In this document: positions 19,538 through 29,654 of the stretch, piece after piece
Layout of the letters: every line of letters starts with the position of its first letter
Numbering within the stretch: position 1 is the stretch's first letter
NCBI GenBank assembly: GCA_965263035.1
Contig: OZ253580.1
Location: forward strand, 3,872,001 to 3,936,000
Length of the DNA stretch: 64,000 bases
Source of the DNA: Acidobacteriota bacterium
Lineage (GTDB): Bacteria > Acidobacteriota > UBA6911 > RPQK01 > JAJDTT01
Direction: 5' to 3'
Program-made: the position numbers and the translations under genes
Notes under the pieces: model-generated
Told to the model about the DNA's origin: nothing
Databases searched by the model: none
Seen by the model: the letters and a program-made list of their open reading frames with translations, nothing else

Positions 19538-20554
19538 ATGCCGAAACATCGTCTCGTCTGGCTGACCATCGTCGACCAGGACCCGTCCCCCTTGGAAGCT
19601 CAACTCTCGGGCCTGGACTATGAATTGGAAGTCGTTCGCTCGCCGGACCCGGAACAAACGGTTCAGGCGGTTTGCGGCGGCGACGTGGTTGTCACGGTCG
19701 GCGTGCCGCTTCGGACGGAGGTGCTGGATCAGGCCAAGAGGCTTCAGGCGATTCTCAGCCAGGGACACGGCTTCGATCACATCGACATCGACGACGCCAC
19801 CCGGCAGGGAATCATGGTGGTCAACACGCCCGGCTTCTGCACCGAAGAGGTCTCCAATCATGCCCTGGCCCTGCTGTTGGCCTGCACGCGCCAGATCGTC
19901 AGTCTGGACCGCCGGGTGAGGAACGGAGAGTGGACGCCGAATCTCTGGGGCAGAATAGACCCCATTCCTCCCCTCGTCGGACAGGTTCTGGGTCTGGTGA
20001 GTTTCGGCGGCATCGCCCGGCTCTTTGCCCACAAGGCCCAGGCTCTGGGTCTGAAGGTCATCGCCTACGACCCGTACATTCCCCCCTGGATCGCGCAGGA
20101 GTACCGGATCGAGCTGGTCCCGGACCTGAACGAATTGGCACGCCGCTCCGACTTCGTATCCACTCACGTGCCCAGCGACGCCAGCACCCGGGGCATGCTC
20201 GGCGAAGCCTTCTTCCGGGCCATGAAGCCAAGTGCGTTTTTCGTCAACACGGGCCGGGGGCGGACCGTCGACGAGTCGGCCCTGATTTCGGCGCTCCGGG
20301 AAGGACAGATCGCCGGCGCGGGTCTGGACGTTTTCGAGGTGGAACCGCTCTCCTCGGAGAGCCCGCTTATGGAGATGGAGAACGTAGTCCTGACCCCTCA
20401 CTCGGCCGGGCTTTCCGAAGCGATTTGGAATCGAGGGGCCACGATCATGGGGCAGGAAGCGGCCCGCATCTTCAGGGGGGAGTGGCCCATGTCCCTGGTC
20501 AATCCCAAGGTGCGGGATCGGTTGGCTCCCCGCCGGCCGGCCACCAACAGTTGA
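19538..20554 (+). CDS. D-isomer-specific 2-hydroxyacid dehydrogenase (CtBP-like)
   Basis: GFDHID, FVNTGRG, GAGLDVFEVEP and TPHSAG motifs. Confidence 0.88.
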   Translation: MPKHRLVWLTIVDQDPSPLEAQLSGLDYELEVVRSPDPEQTVQAVCGGDVVVTVGVPLRTEVLDQAKRLQAILSQGHGFDHIDIDDATRQGIMVVNTPGFCTEEVSNHALALLLACTRQIVSLDRRVRNGEWTPNLWGRIDPIPPLVGQVLGLVSFGGIARLFAHKAQALGLKVIAYDPYIPPWIAQEYRIELVPDLNELARRSDFVSTHVPSDASTRGMLGEAFFRAMKPSAFFVNTGRGRTVDESALISALREGQIAGAGLDVFEVEPLSSESPLMEMENVVLTPHSAGLSEAIWNRGATIMGQEAARIFRGEWPMSLVNPKVRDRLAPRRPATNS

Positions 20555-20575
20555 TTTGAAGGGACCGGACCCCCG

Positions 20576-21346
20576 TCAGCGCCGGCGCGGGGCCAGCACG
20601 AATTCGTCCAGGTCGATCTTGCCTTGGGGCGGGTCGTTGGGGTCGATTCCGCAGAGGAGCATTCCCCAGTCCACGTGAGTCCCGGCCAGGATCGGATCCA
20701 GCGTGCCCTTGCCGGAAGCCATGCTCTGGGAGACGCGGATCCGGCGGGCCAGTCCGCCGTTGGTGTGGCCCATGAAGCTCCATCGGCTTTCGTCGTTGGG
20801 CGGCTTGAAACGGACCTCCTGCCACCCGCCATCCAGCAGAATCCGGTCCCAGGGGAGGGAAGTCAGGGCCCAGTTCCGGTTGGAATCGCCCTCGTGGCCG
20901 GGTCCCTGAATCCAGAAAAAGAGACGCGAGCCCTTGAGATCCAGATCGCGCCCCCGGAGGTAGAAGGACACCTCGGCGTCTCGCAGGTCGGCTCCCGCGA
21001 GCCCGGCGTCGTTGGAATAGGCCACGAAGATCAGGTAAAGCCAGTAGAACTCCCCATGGTTGTCGTCGAAGTACCAGGGAGGTTCCGTATAGGCGAACCC
21101 TCCCGAATGTCCGCCTTTGGCGCTCCACTTCAGAGGGACTCCTTCTCCCCAGAATCCCAGGATGTTCCGGTGCCATCCGGGAGGGTCGGTCCGGTTCTTT
21201 CCGGTGAGCCACTTTCCCGGGCCCGAGTCGAAGCTCTCCCGGTAGACGGTCTGAGCTTCCAGACAGGGGATCGACAGCAGAATTCCGGCAAGGACGAAGA
21301 GTCGTCCCACGGGACCGGCGAGTCTCGGTTCAGTTCCTTTCCACAT
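20576..21346 (-). CDS. Hypothetical secreted Trp-rich protein (possibly carbohydrate-binding)
   Basis: Signal peptide ending LEA-Q; overlaps the ferredoxin stop, consistent with an operon. Confidence 0.6.
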   Translation of the reverse strand: MWKGTEPRLAGPVGRLFVLAGILLSIPCLEAQTVYRESFDSGPGKWLTGKNRTDPPGWHRNILGFWGEGVPLKWSAKGGHSGGFAYTEPPWYFDDNHGEFYWLYLIFVAYSNDAGLAGADLRDAEVSFYLRGRDLDLKGSRLFFWIQGPGHEGDSNRNWALTSLPWDRILLDGGWQEVRFKPPNDESRWSFMGHTNGGLARRIRVSQSMASGKGTLDPILAGTHVDWGMLLCGIDPNDPPQGKIDLDEFVLAPRRR

Positions 21347-21692
21347 ACTCCACCGGCTGGGGATGGATCTCGTCGGCCGGCCTGCGACCTGCGTCGCGCC
21401 GTCCGCTTCCTTCCAGCCGACTGATGATCCGCACCGACATCCCGTGGTCACAACGGATCTGGCAGCTCAATCGGACCCCGGTCGCTCGGCGCCGTTCCAG
21501 GACCTCCTTCTCCGCGGCCGTCATTTGCTCGGGTTCGCCCTCGACGAACTCCACCCGGCAGGTGGTGCAGCGGGCGTTCCCGCCGCAGGCGTGCAGCTGA
21601 TCGATGCCGGCCTCGTCGGTGAGAGCCAGAACCAGCCGCTTGCCGGTATCCACGTCGAAATCTCCTACACCCTCCACAGTCAGCTTGGGCAT
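21330..21692 (-). CDS. 2Fe-2S ferredoxin
   Basis: CGGNARCTTC ... RLSCQ. Confidence 0.9.
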   Translation of the reverse strand: MPKLTVEGVGDFDVDTGKRLVLALTDEAGIDQLHACGGNARCTTCRVEFVEGEPEQMTAAEKEVLERRRATGVRLSCQIRCDHGMSVRIISRLEGSGRRDAGRRPADEIHPQPVEYVERN

Positions 21693-21694
21693 GC

Positions 21695-22486
21695 CTACTC
21701 CTCTTTTCTCGTTTCCGGCCGTCGATCGAAGTCTTGCCGGTATTGCAGGTCGTCTCCGAGCGGAACCGCCCGGAACTCGTGTTGGATGGTCCGGTCCAGC
21801 ACCGGGTCGTTGAGGCCCACCAGGAAGCTGTCGCCGACGCCCAGAGCCGTTTCCGGGGGAAGGTCAAGCCGTTTGACCGTCTCATCCACCGAATCCAGGA
21901 AGGAACCGCAACCGCAGTACAGGACCATGGGATCGGCCAGCGATCGAACCTGGTTCAGGTTCAGCAGGTACTCCAGGTCCACCAGCTCGGAGATCTTGCT
22001 GTCCTGCAATGGCACCGTATGCTCTCCCACCACCACGTGGCTGAAGATGCGCAGTTCATCCCAATGGGGCCGGACCTCCTCGTAAGGCCAAGCGGCTCGC
22101 GCCAACGGGTGAGGACACATCTGTTTGGGTTTGTCCGGAAAGAGGGGATCCAATTCCCGATCACACTGGTCGCTGCCGACGGATATGAGGATCTCCCGGC
22201 CGTCTCGGATGGCCACGACCTCGGCCTCTCCACCCGTCATGGAGCCCTGGGCCTCGAAGTCGGGGCTCTGGGTCAGCAGATAGCGTCCCAGGTGGAAGAC
22301 GGAGGGATTCGTGAGCGTCGCCATGGTGAATCGTCCGTCGCGCTCGAGTTGCTCGTCCATCTGCTTCCGCGTCTCCTCCACGTCCCGGGAGCAGAAGCGG
22401 GCGCCGGAAACCGACCCCACCGGGAGGGAGCGCTGCTCGATACCGGACCGCCCCTGCACCGTCATCTCAATGTAGGTGATCTGCAT
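21695..22486 (-). CDS. DUF2848 / FAH-fold-like protein
   Basis: GEAE, VGSDQCDRELD, KQMCP and the AWPY..V..HWD pattern. Confidence 0.6.
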   Translation of the reverse strand: MQITYIEMTVQGRSGIEQRSLPVGSVSGARFCSRDVEETRKQMDEQLERDGRFTMATLTNPSVFHLGRYLLTQSPDFEAQGSMTGGEAEVVAIRDGREILISVGSDQCDRELDPLFPDKPKQMCPHPLARAAWPYEEVRPHWDELRIFSHVVVGEHTVPLQDSKISELVDLEYLLNLNQVRSLADPMVLYCGCGSFLDSVDETVKRLDLPPETALGVGDSFLVGLNDPVLDRTIQHEFRAVPLGDDLQYRQDFDRRPETRKEE

Positions 22487-22837
22487 CCGCGTAGGATACT
22501 CGGATTTTCCCATCCTTGCGATAGTGTCGAGCCGGTCGAAACAGGACCTGCCCCTGCCTCTTGACGTGCTTCGGATCCGACAGAAAATGGTGAGCTATCG
22601 GGCTGCAATACGCTGGACGCATCCAATTTATCGTGCTATTCCTGGAAAAATGTATGGTGGCGAATTGGACTTGAATCCTCGGGTGGCCGATCGTGGTCAC
22701 TTGGTGCTGCGAACGTCCTACGAAAGATCGCGTCGTGTGTCCGACTCTTATCCAAGCGCTTATTTCCCCAATTACCTATGGACCATGAATTACCGCTTGG
22801 CCGTCCCCAGGCGCGGCGGGGCCGGAGGACCGTCACC

Positions 22838-23815
22838 ATGGCAAGGCATCAACTGTCTTATCTGTTGATCATTCCGATCCTGGTAGTCGCCGGACAGGGT
22901 TTCGCTCCGGCTCAGACCTCGGCTTGCGCCGATCACTCGATTTCCGCCGGAGCCGTGCGGACACCGGAGGAGGTGGAGGCGTTCGTCAAGTGCGCCTACG
23001 AGTTTGTCCAGGAAGTGGGCTTCGAAGAGGCTCGAAGGGCCTTTCACGAAGACGAGCGGTGGAGAAAGGGCGCCTCCTATATTTTCGTCTCGGAAGATAC
23101 GCCGGTGAGTGAAGAGACTCGCAGCTTCGTCTTCCCGCCTGACCCCTCAAGGGAAGGACAGGCGTTCGCAAGACTGCTGAACGATGCCTTCGGCAACAAC
23201 TACTACCAGGAACGAAATCGTATCCTGAGCCTTGTCGATGAGGGCTGGATCTACTATGCATTCACGAACCCGTCGACCGGCGTGGAAGAGCCCAAGGCCT
23301 CCTACGTCAAGAGCATCGACTGGGACGGGATCCCGGCCGCCATCGGCTCCGGAATCTACCGCCGGGACCTCCCGGGGACATGCCGCCGGGAAGAGGTCAA
23401 CGCCACGGTGCTCGGCATGGATCCGTCCAACCAGAGGCTGCAGGAATTCGTCCGCTGCGCCGCCATGGAGCTGGAGTCGATGGGGTACTTCGCCTCCATC
23501 GGCCTGTCCTCGGATCCTCGTTGGAGACAGGACTCGGTCTCCGTGTTCGGCGTGGACGGGAACGGCAACACGCTGTTCAGCGGGGACCCGTACCGCTGGG
23601 GTGGCTGGACCTTGGGCGGGCAGGATACCGAGTTGACCTCCCTGGCCGACCGGGACGACCTGAGCGTGGCCCAGGCCTTCGGTGAAACCTTCCTCTACTA
23701 CATGGCCCGGAATCCCGCCACCGGGATGCAGCAGCGGAAGGTCGTCTTCGTCAAGCGGGTGGTCACCTACGGCCTGCCGATCCTCATCGGCTCCGGCTAC
23801 TATCTGGACGAGTAA
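22838..23815 (+). CDS. Stand-alone secreted double Cache-domain protein, paralogue 1
   Basis: Signal peptide; RW...YIFV, DAFG, GWIYY.FTNP.TG.EEPK.SYVK and IGSGIY sCache_2-like motifs, present twice; GGAGGA RBS. Confidence 0.8.
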   Translation: MARHQLSYLLIIPILVVAGQGFAPAQTSACADHSISAGAVRTPEEVEAFVKCAYEFVQEVGFEEARRAFHEDERWRKGASYIFVSEDTPVSEETRSFVFPPDPSREGQAFARLLNDAFGNNYYQERNRILSLVDEGWIYYAFTNPSTGVEEPKASYVKSIDWDGIPAAIGSGIYRRDLPGTCRREEVNATVLGMDPSNQRLQEFVRCAAMELESMGYFASIGLSSDPRWRQDSVSVFGVDGNGNTLFSGDPYRWGGWTLGGQDTELTSLADRDDLSVAQAFGETFLYYMARNPATGMQQRKVVFVKRVVTYGLPILIGSGYYLDE

Positions 23816-23856
23816 GAGAGACTCTCAAGGGCCGATTTCGGATCTGGAGGAACGTC

Positions 23857-24837
23857 ATGACTATGAATCGCAGACTGTCCGGTTGCCTGTTTCCCCTGAC
23901 CCTGATGCTCGCTGCACCTCAGGTTTTCGCCACCGATCCCGCTGCGTCGTGCGCGGAGAAATCCGTCGTCGCCAGCGCCGTGCGCACACGCGACGACGTT
24001 CGCGCCTTCGTTCAATGCGCCTACGAATACGCCATTGAGATGGGGTTGGAAGAAGCTCGCAGGGCGTTCAACGAAGATGAACGTTGGAAGAGCGGTCCCC
24101 TCTACGTCTTCATTTCCGAATCGACGCCGGAGAGCGATCAAGCCCACCACTTCGTTTTTCCGCCCGAGCCCGAGCGGGAGGGTACCTCACGCGGCCTCCT
24201 GATCGACGTCTTCGGCAACGACTACTACAAGGAGCAGCACCGCATCACGAGCGGCTTCGGGGAAGGTTGGCTCTACTATTCGTTCACGAATCCGGCGACC
24301 GGCAGGGACGAGCCGAAGGCGACCTACATCAAGAGCATCGACTGGAACGGGACCCCGGCCGGAATCGGCGCGGGGATCTACCAGCGGGACATCCCCGGCT
24401 CCTGCAACCGCGAAGAGGTCAACGCCGCGGAACTCTCTGCGGATCCTTCCAAGCGGAAGTTGCAGGAATTCGTCCGCTGTGCCGCCATGGAGCTGGAGTC
24501 GATGGGATATTTCGCCTCCATCAGCTTGTCGTCGGACCTGCGGTGGAGAAACGACTCGGTCTACGTGTTCGGCGTGGACGGACACGGCAACACGCTCTTC
24601 AGCGGGGATCCCTACCGCTGGGGCGGCTGGACGTTGGGCGGAGCCGATTCCGAGCTGACGTCGCTCAGCGACCGCGATGACCTCAGCGTGGCCGACGCCT
24701 TCGGTGAAACCTTTCTCTACTACATGTCGCGAAACCCTGCCACGGGGATGCAGCAGAGAAAGGTGGTTTTCGTCAAGCGGGTGGTCACTTACGGGCTGCC
24801 GATCCTGATCGGCTCCGGTTACTACCTGGACGAATGA
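23857..24837 (+). CDS. Stand-alone secreted double Cache-domain protein, paralogue 2
   Basis: Same architecture; near-identical C-terminal domain. Confidence 0.8.
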   Translation: MTMNRRLSGCLFPLTLMLAAPQVFATDPAASCAEKSVVASAVRTRDDVRAFVQCAYEYAIEMGLEEARRAFNEDERWKSGPLYVFISESTPESDQAHHFVFPPEPEREGTSRGLLIDVFGNDYYKEQHRITSGFGEGWLYYSFTNPATGRDEPKATYIKSIDWNGTPAGIGAGIYQRDIPGSCNREEVNAAELSADPSKRKLQEFVRCAAMELESMGYFASISLSSDLRWRNDSVYVFGVDGHGNTLFSGDPYRWGGWTLGGADSELTSLSDRDDLSVADAFGETFLYYMSRNPATGMQQRKVVFVKRVVTYGLPILIGSGYYLDE

Positions 24838-24879
24838 CAGGGCAGCGTTAGTTCCGTTGCAGGTCGGGAAGACCTCAGT

Positions 24880-25704
24880 GTGATGCGGCGTTCATTGGTT
24901 TGTCTTCTGATCCCCTTGGGCCTCGTGGCCGTGGTGCCGCACGCATTCGCCACCGCTGATGATCTCTCGTGCGCGGACAAGTCCGTCGCCGTCGGGACGC
25001 CCGGAAACGAGCGACTGGCCGTCTTCCCACCAGCCCCCGTAAGGGAAGAACTTCAATTGGGACCGCTGGTCGACGCCTTCGGCAACGAATTCTTCCGTGA
25101 GGGAGCGCGCATCGTCGGCGGTTTCGGGGAGGGATGGCTCTACTACTCTTTCCCCAATCCGGTGACGGGACGGGATGAGCCGAAGGCGTCCTACATCAAG
25201 TCGATCGACTGGGATGGAACGGCCGCGGCCATCGGCGCGGGAGTCTACCTGAGCGACATTCCCGGAACCTGCGTGAGGGACGAGGTCAACGCAATGAGCC
25301 TGGCTGCCGAGCCCTCCGATGAGAGGTTGCAGGCATTCGTCCGATGCGCCGCCATGGAACTGGAAACGATGGGGTATTTCGGCTCCGTCGGGCTGACCTC
25401 GGACCCCCGCTGGAGACAGGACTCGATCTACCTGTTCGGCGTGGATGCCAACGGCAACACCTTGTTCAGCGGCGATCCGTACCGCAGGGGAGGTTGGGCT
25501 TCGAGGGGAGCCGATTCCGAGTTGACGTCGCTCAGCGATCGGGACGATTTGAGCGTTGCCGTAGCCTTCGGCGAAACTTTCCTCTACTACCGGACGCGAA
25601 ATCCCGCCACCGGAATGGAGCAGCGGAAGGTGGTCTTCGTCAAGCGGGTGGTGGTCTACGGGCTGCCGATTCTGATCGGCTCCGGCTATTTTCTGGAGGA
25701 GTGA
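24880..25704 (+). CDS. Double Cache-domain paralogue 3 with an in-frame internal deletion (~50 aa)
   Basis: Lacks the AFVQCAYE...RW...YVF block present in the other copies. Confidence 0.72.
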   Translation: MMRRSLVCLLIPLGLVAVVPHAFATADDLSCADKSVAVGTPGNERLAVFPPAPVREELQLGPLVDAFGNEFFREGARIVGGFGEGWLYYSFPNPVTGRDEPKASYIKSIDWDGTAAAIGAGVYLSDIPGTCVRDEVNAMSLAAEPSDERLQAFVRCAAMELETMGYFGSVGLTSDPRWRQDSIYLFGVDANGNTLFSGDPYRRGGWASRGADSELTSLSDRDDLSVAVAFGETFLYYRTRNPATGMEQRKVVFVKRVVVYGLPILIGSGYFLEE

Positions 25705-26065
25705 GACGACTTCCAGCTCCCGTCTGTCACCGCGTCACTGAGAACATGACGTTATCCTGCAGTGATTATCCGGCTTCACTGCCATGTCTGCCGGTGAGCG
25801 GACTTCCCGGGCGAGCACTCCCGTGTGACCTGTGCGTGATCGCCAGGGTGCTGGAATTCACAAAATAATCATGCTATTGCTTGAACTAAGCGGATGCCCG
25901 TACTCATGTCCAAGTGGCCGTCCATTGTTCCCCGATAACTGACGAGGCAGGCTTCATGCGTGCTCATGGAGCGCATTTCGTGTCCGATTCTCACCCTTCG
26001 CTGGTCCCGTGTTCCAACTGCCACCGCGCGAGTCGACTCTGCGGTGAGTCCAGAGGATTGTCGCG

Positions 26066-27046
26066 ATGAAAAGACATGGACTTTCGGGTTTCCTGATTCT
26101 CTCAACCCTAATTGTTGCCGTTCACAGTGTCAGCTTCGCTCAGACACGGACTTGCGACGAGAACTCCGTCGTCGCCGGCGCCATACGGACCCGCGCGGAC
26201 ATCCAGGCGTTCGTTCAATGCGCCTATGAGTATGTCCAGGAAATGGGCATCGAGGCGGCCCGAGCGGCCTTCCATGAGGAAGGGCGGTGGAGAAGTGGTG
26301 CGTACTACGTCTTCGTCGACGAAGTGACACCGGTACGGGACGCCGCTAAGGCGTTGGTCTATCCGCCCGACCTTTCGCGGGAAGGGACGCCTTGGGGGCT
26401 GTTCATCGACGCCTACGGCAACGACTACTTTCAGGAACTCCATCGGATCATGGGCATCGTCGACGAGGGATGGCTCTATTATTCCATCACCAACCCGGCG
26501 ACCGGCAACGACGATCCCAAGGCCTCCTACGTCAAGGCCATCGACTGGGACGGGACGCCGGCTGCCATCGGGGCCGGAATCTACCTCCGCGACCTTCCGG
26601 GCAGCTGCCAGCGGGACGAGGTGAATGCCATGGGGCTGGCCGCCGACCCCTCCAACCCGAGACTGCAGGAATTCGTCCGCTGCGCCGCCATGGAGTTGGA
26701 AGCGATGGGGTACTTCGCCTCCGTCAGCCTGTCGGCGGACCCGCGCTGGAGACGCGATTCGATCTATGTGTTCGGCGTGGACGGGAACGGCAACACGCTG
26801 TTCAGCGGGGACCCCTACCGCTGGGGCGGCTGGACGTTGGGCGGGGCCGATTCCGAGCTGATCTCGCTGAGCGATCGGGACGACTTGAGCGTCGCCCACG
26901 CCTTCGGTGAAACCTTTCTCTACTACATGTCGCGAAACCCCTCCACTGGAATGCAGCAGCGGAAGGTGGTTTTCGTCAAGAGGGTGGTCACCTATGGCCT
27001 GCCGATCCTGATCGGCTCCGGCTACTATCTCGATGACGAGGAATAG
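26066..27046 (+). CDS. Stand-alone secreted double Cache-domain protein, paralogue 4
   Basis: Same architecture. Confidence 0.8.
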   Translation: MKRHGLSGFLILSTLIVAVHSVSFAQTRTCDENSVVAGAIRTRADIQAFVQCAYEYVQEMGIEAARAAFHEEGRWRSGAYYVFVDEVTPVRDAAKALVYPPDLSREGTPWGLFIDAYGNDYFQELHRIMGIVDEGWLYYSITNPATGNDDPKASYVKAIDWDGTPAAIGAGIYLRDLPGSCQRDEVNAMGLAADPSNPRLQEFVRCAAMELEAMGYFASVSLSADPRWRRDSIYVFGVDGNGNTLFSGDPYRWGGWTLGGADSELISLSDRDDLSVAHAFGETFLYYMSRNPSTGMQQRKVVFVKRVVTYGLPILIGSGYYLDDEE

Positions 27047-27212
27047 TCTGCATCGCCATTGAGGCAAGGCTGGCTGCGGTTCCGTTCTGGAGCGGTTCCC
27101 GCTCCGTCTTGGACGTTTGGGCTACAACGGGCCGTTCCTGGTGAGCGGCATGCTTTCGTCTGACCAGCCGCCGGACGGTTCAACGTTTCGGCGAATATGG
27201 AGGATTGTCCAG

Positions 27213-28193
27213 ATGCGGAAACTTCGGCTCCCTTGTCTCCTGATTCTCTCGACCTCGATGGTCGTCGTCCATGGTTTCGGCGCCGGCGACGTCCGGACCT
27301 GCGCCGAGAACTCCGTCGTCGCCAGCGCCATTCGCACGCCGGAGGACGTTCAAGCTTTTGTCCAGTGTGCCTACGAGTTGGTCCAGGAAGTGGGAATCGA
27401 CGCGGCCCGGCGGGCCTTCCACGAAGAGGAGCGTTGGCAGAGCGGCCCCTACTACATCTTCGTCGACGAAATGACGCCGATCTCTGAAGAGAGTCGAGCA
27501 CTCGTCTTTCCTCCCGACTCTTCGAGGGAGGGGCAGCCATGGGGCCTGTTGATCGACTCATTCGGCAACGACCTCATTCGGGAGTTCCATCGTCTTGCGA
27601 CCACCTTCGGCGGGGGCTGGACCTACTATTCCTTCAGAAACCCGGCGACTGGATACGATGAGCCCAAGGCTTCCTATTTCAAGAGCATCGACTGGGACGG
27701 GATTCCCGCCGCGATCGGCGCCGGGATCTATCGCCGGGACAATCCCGGCACCTGCAGGAGAGAAGAGGTCAACGCCATGGGGTTGACCTCCGAACCGTCC
27801 ATCCAGAAGTTGACGGAATTCGTCCGCTGTGCCGCCATGGAACTGGAGTCGATGGGGTACTTCGCCTCCGTCAGCCTCTCGTCGGACCCGCGATGGCGAA
27901 GGGACTCGGTCTACGTCTTCGGCGTGGACGGGAACGGCAACACGCTGTTCAGCGGGGACCCGTACCGCTGGGGCGGCTGGACCTTGGGGGGAGCCGATTC
28001 CGAGTTGACCTCGCTGAGCGAACGGGACGACTTGAGTGTGGCCCACGCCTTCGGTGAAACCTTCCTCTACTACATGTCGCGAAACCCCTCCACCGGAATG
28101 CAGCAGCGGAAGGTGGTCTTCGTCAAGAGGGTGGTCACCTACGGCCTGCCGATCCTCATCGGCTCCGGGTACTACCTTGAGGATGAGGAGTAG
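27213..28193 (+). CDS. Stand-alone secreted double Cache-domain protein, paralogue 5
   Basis: Same architecture; GGAGGA RBS upstream of ATG 27213. Confidence 0.8.
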   Translation: MRKLRLPCLLILSTSMVVVHGFGAGDVRTCAENSVVASAIRTPEDVQAFVQCAYELVQEVGIDAARRAFHEEERWQSGPYYIFVDEMTPISEESRALVFPPDSSREGQPWGLLIDSFGNDLIREFHRLATTFGGGWTYYSFRNPATGYDEPKASYFKSIDWDGIPAAIGAGIYRRDNPGTCRREEVNAMGLTSEPSIQKLTEFVRCAAMELESMGYFASVSLSSDPRWRRDSVYVFGVDGNGNTLFSGDPYRWGGWTLGGADSELTSLSERDDLSVAHAFGETFLYYMSRNPSTGMQQRKVVFVKRVVTYGLPILIGSGYYLEDEE

Positions 28194-28243
28194 GGCGCTT
28201 CCTTATTGAGCCGGGACGGCGCTCCGATCCGGGGTTCCCCAAC

Positions 28244-29466
28244 TAGTACCCAATAACATGTAATTGTTCGTATACTATGGTGGGAGGCTGGAGGACTCGG
28301 AAGGAGGAGTTCTCATGGCACCACGCTATCGTGTCACGCTCACTGTGGAAGAGCGCTCAGAATTGAAGGCCTTGACCCGGGCCGCGACCAAGACCACCGG
28401 CAAGCGGTTCCTGTACGCGCGGGCTCTGTTGTTGTGCGACCGCGGGCCGGAAGGGCCGGGATGGACCGTGGCCCGGGTGGCCGAGGCGCTGGGCGTCTCG
28501 GCCCGCACGATCGAGCACTTGAAACGGCGGTTTGTGGAGCAGGGTTTGGAGTTCGCCTTGGAGCGCAAGCGGCGGGTGCGGCCGCCGCGGAAAGTGATCT
28601 TCGACGGCGCGTTCGAGGCTCGCCTGGTCGCCTTGGCCTGCTCCCCGGCCCCGCCAGGACGGAAGCGCTGGACCCTGCGCCTGCTGGCGGAGAAAGTAGT
28701 GGAACTGGGCTGGGTCGAGCGGGTGTCGGTGATGACGGTGCAGCGGACGCTAAAAAAAACCAACTGCAGCCTCATCGGAAGAAGTATTGGCGGATCCCGC
28801 CCCGGGGCAGCGCCGCATTCGTAGCCTGCATGGAGGACGTTTTAGAAGTCTATGCCCGTCCGTACGACCCCCGTCGTCCGGTGGTCTGCATGGACGAGAC
28901 CAACAAGCAGTTGATCGGAGAAGTGCGGGAGCCTTTGCCGGTCGCGCCCGGCCAGCCGGAGCGAGTCGAGCATGAGTATGTGCGCAACGGGGTCGCGCAG
29001 ATCTTCCTGGAGGTGGAGCCACTGACCGGCCGCTGCCATGTGGAGGCGGGCGAGCGGCGCACGCGACAGGATTGGGCCCGGTGGATCGAGGGCATGTTGG
29101 AGAGGCGATACCCGGAGGCCGAGCGGGTGGTCCTGGTCTTGGACAACCTGAACCCGCACGGAATCGAATCGCTGTACGCGACCTACGAGCCTCGACACGC
29201 TCGCCAACTGGCACAACGACTGGAAATCCACTACACGCCTAAGCACGGCAGTTGGCTCAACATTGCAGAAATCGAATTGAGCGCGCTGTGCGGACAATGC
29301 CTGGACCGCCGGATTCCAAGCCTGGCCGGGATGCAACGTGAGATCGGGGCTTGGGTTGCGGATCGGAACCAACGGCAAACCGAGATCGACTGGCAGTTCA
29401 AGACGGAGGATGCACGGATCAAGCTGAAGAGCCTGTATCCACAACTTTAAGTGTTACGGGGTACTA
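28244..29466 (+). mobile_element. IS630-family element, copy 1
   Basis: IRs TAGTACCCAATAACATGTAA / TTAAGTGTTACGGGGTACTA; TA within CTAG at both ends. Confidence 0.92.
28316..29450 (+). CDS. IS630 transposase, two ORFs joined by a -1 frameshift at CTAAAAAAAAC (~28750-28760)
   Basis: HTH ORF (RWTLRLLA) plus DDE ORF (CMDE, VLDNLN, WLNIAEIE). Confidence 0.9.
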
Positions 29467-29630
29467 GGAGCCTGCGCCGCAGAAATTGATCTACTGCGAA
29501 AGCGGTAGAATCGGTCCAGATTTCCTCGATTTCTCGGCGAATAGAACAACTATGCACCTCAAAATCGAGAAAATCTGGCCTCGATTCCCCACTTTCTCGC
29601 TACGATCATTTCTACCGCGCAGACTCCTGG
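29464..29630. mobile_element. 167-bp palindromic MITE-like element, copy 1
   Basis: Termini CTAGGAGCCTGCGC / GCGCAGACTCCTGG; about 70-bp imperfect inverted arms; near-identical reverse-complement copy at 43061-43227. Confidence 0.8.
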
Positions 29631-29654
29631 TTGCCGCTGACTTCCGGCCCGGAG

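Noticed and set aside
22838-28193. Diversity-generating retroelement explanation for the Cache paralogues
   Set aside because: Differences are not adenine-specific, the C-termini are the conserved part, and there is no RT or template repeat.
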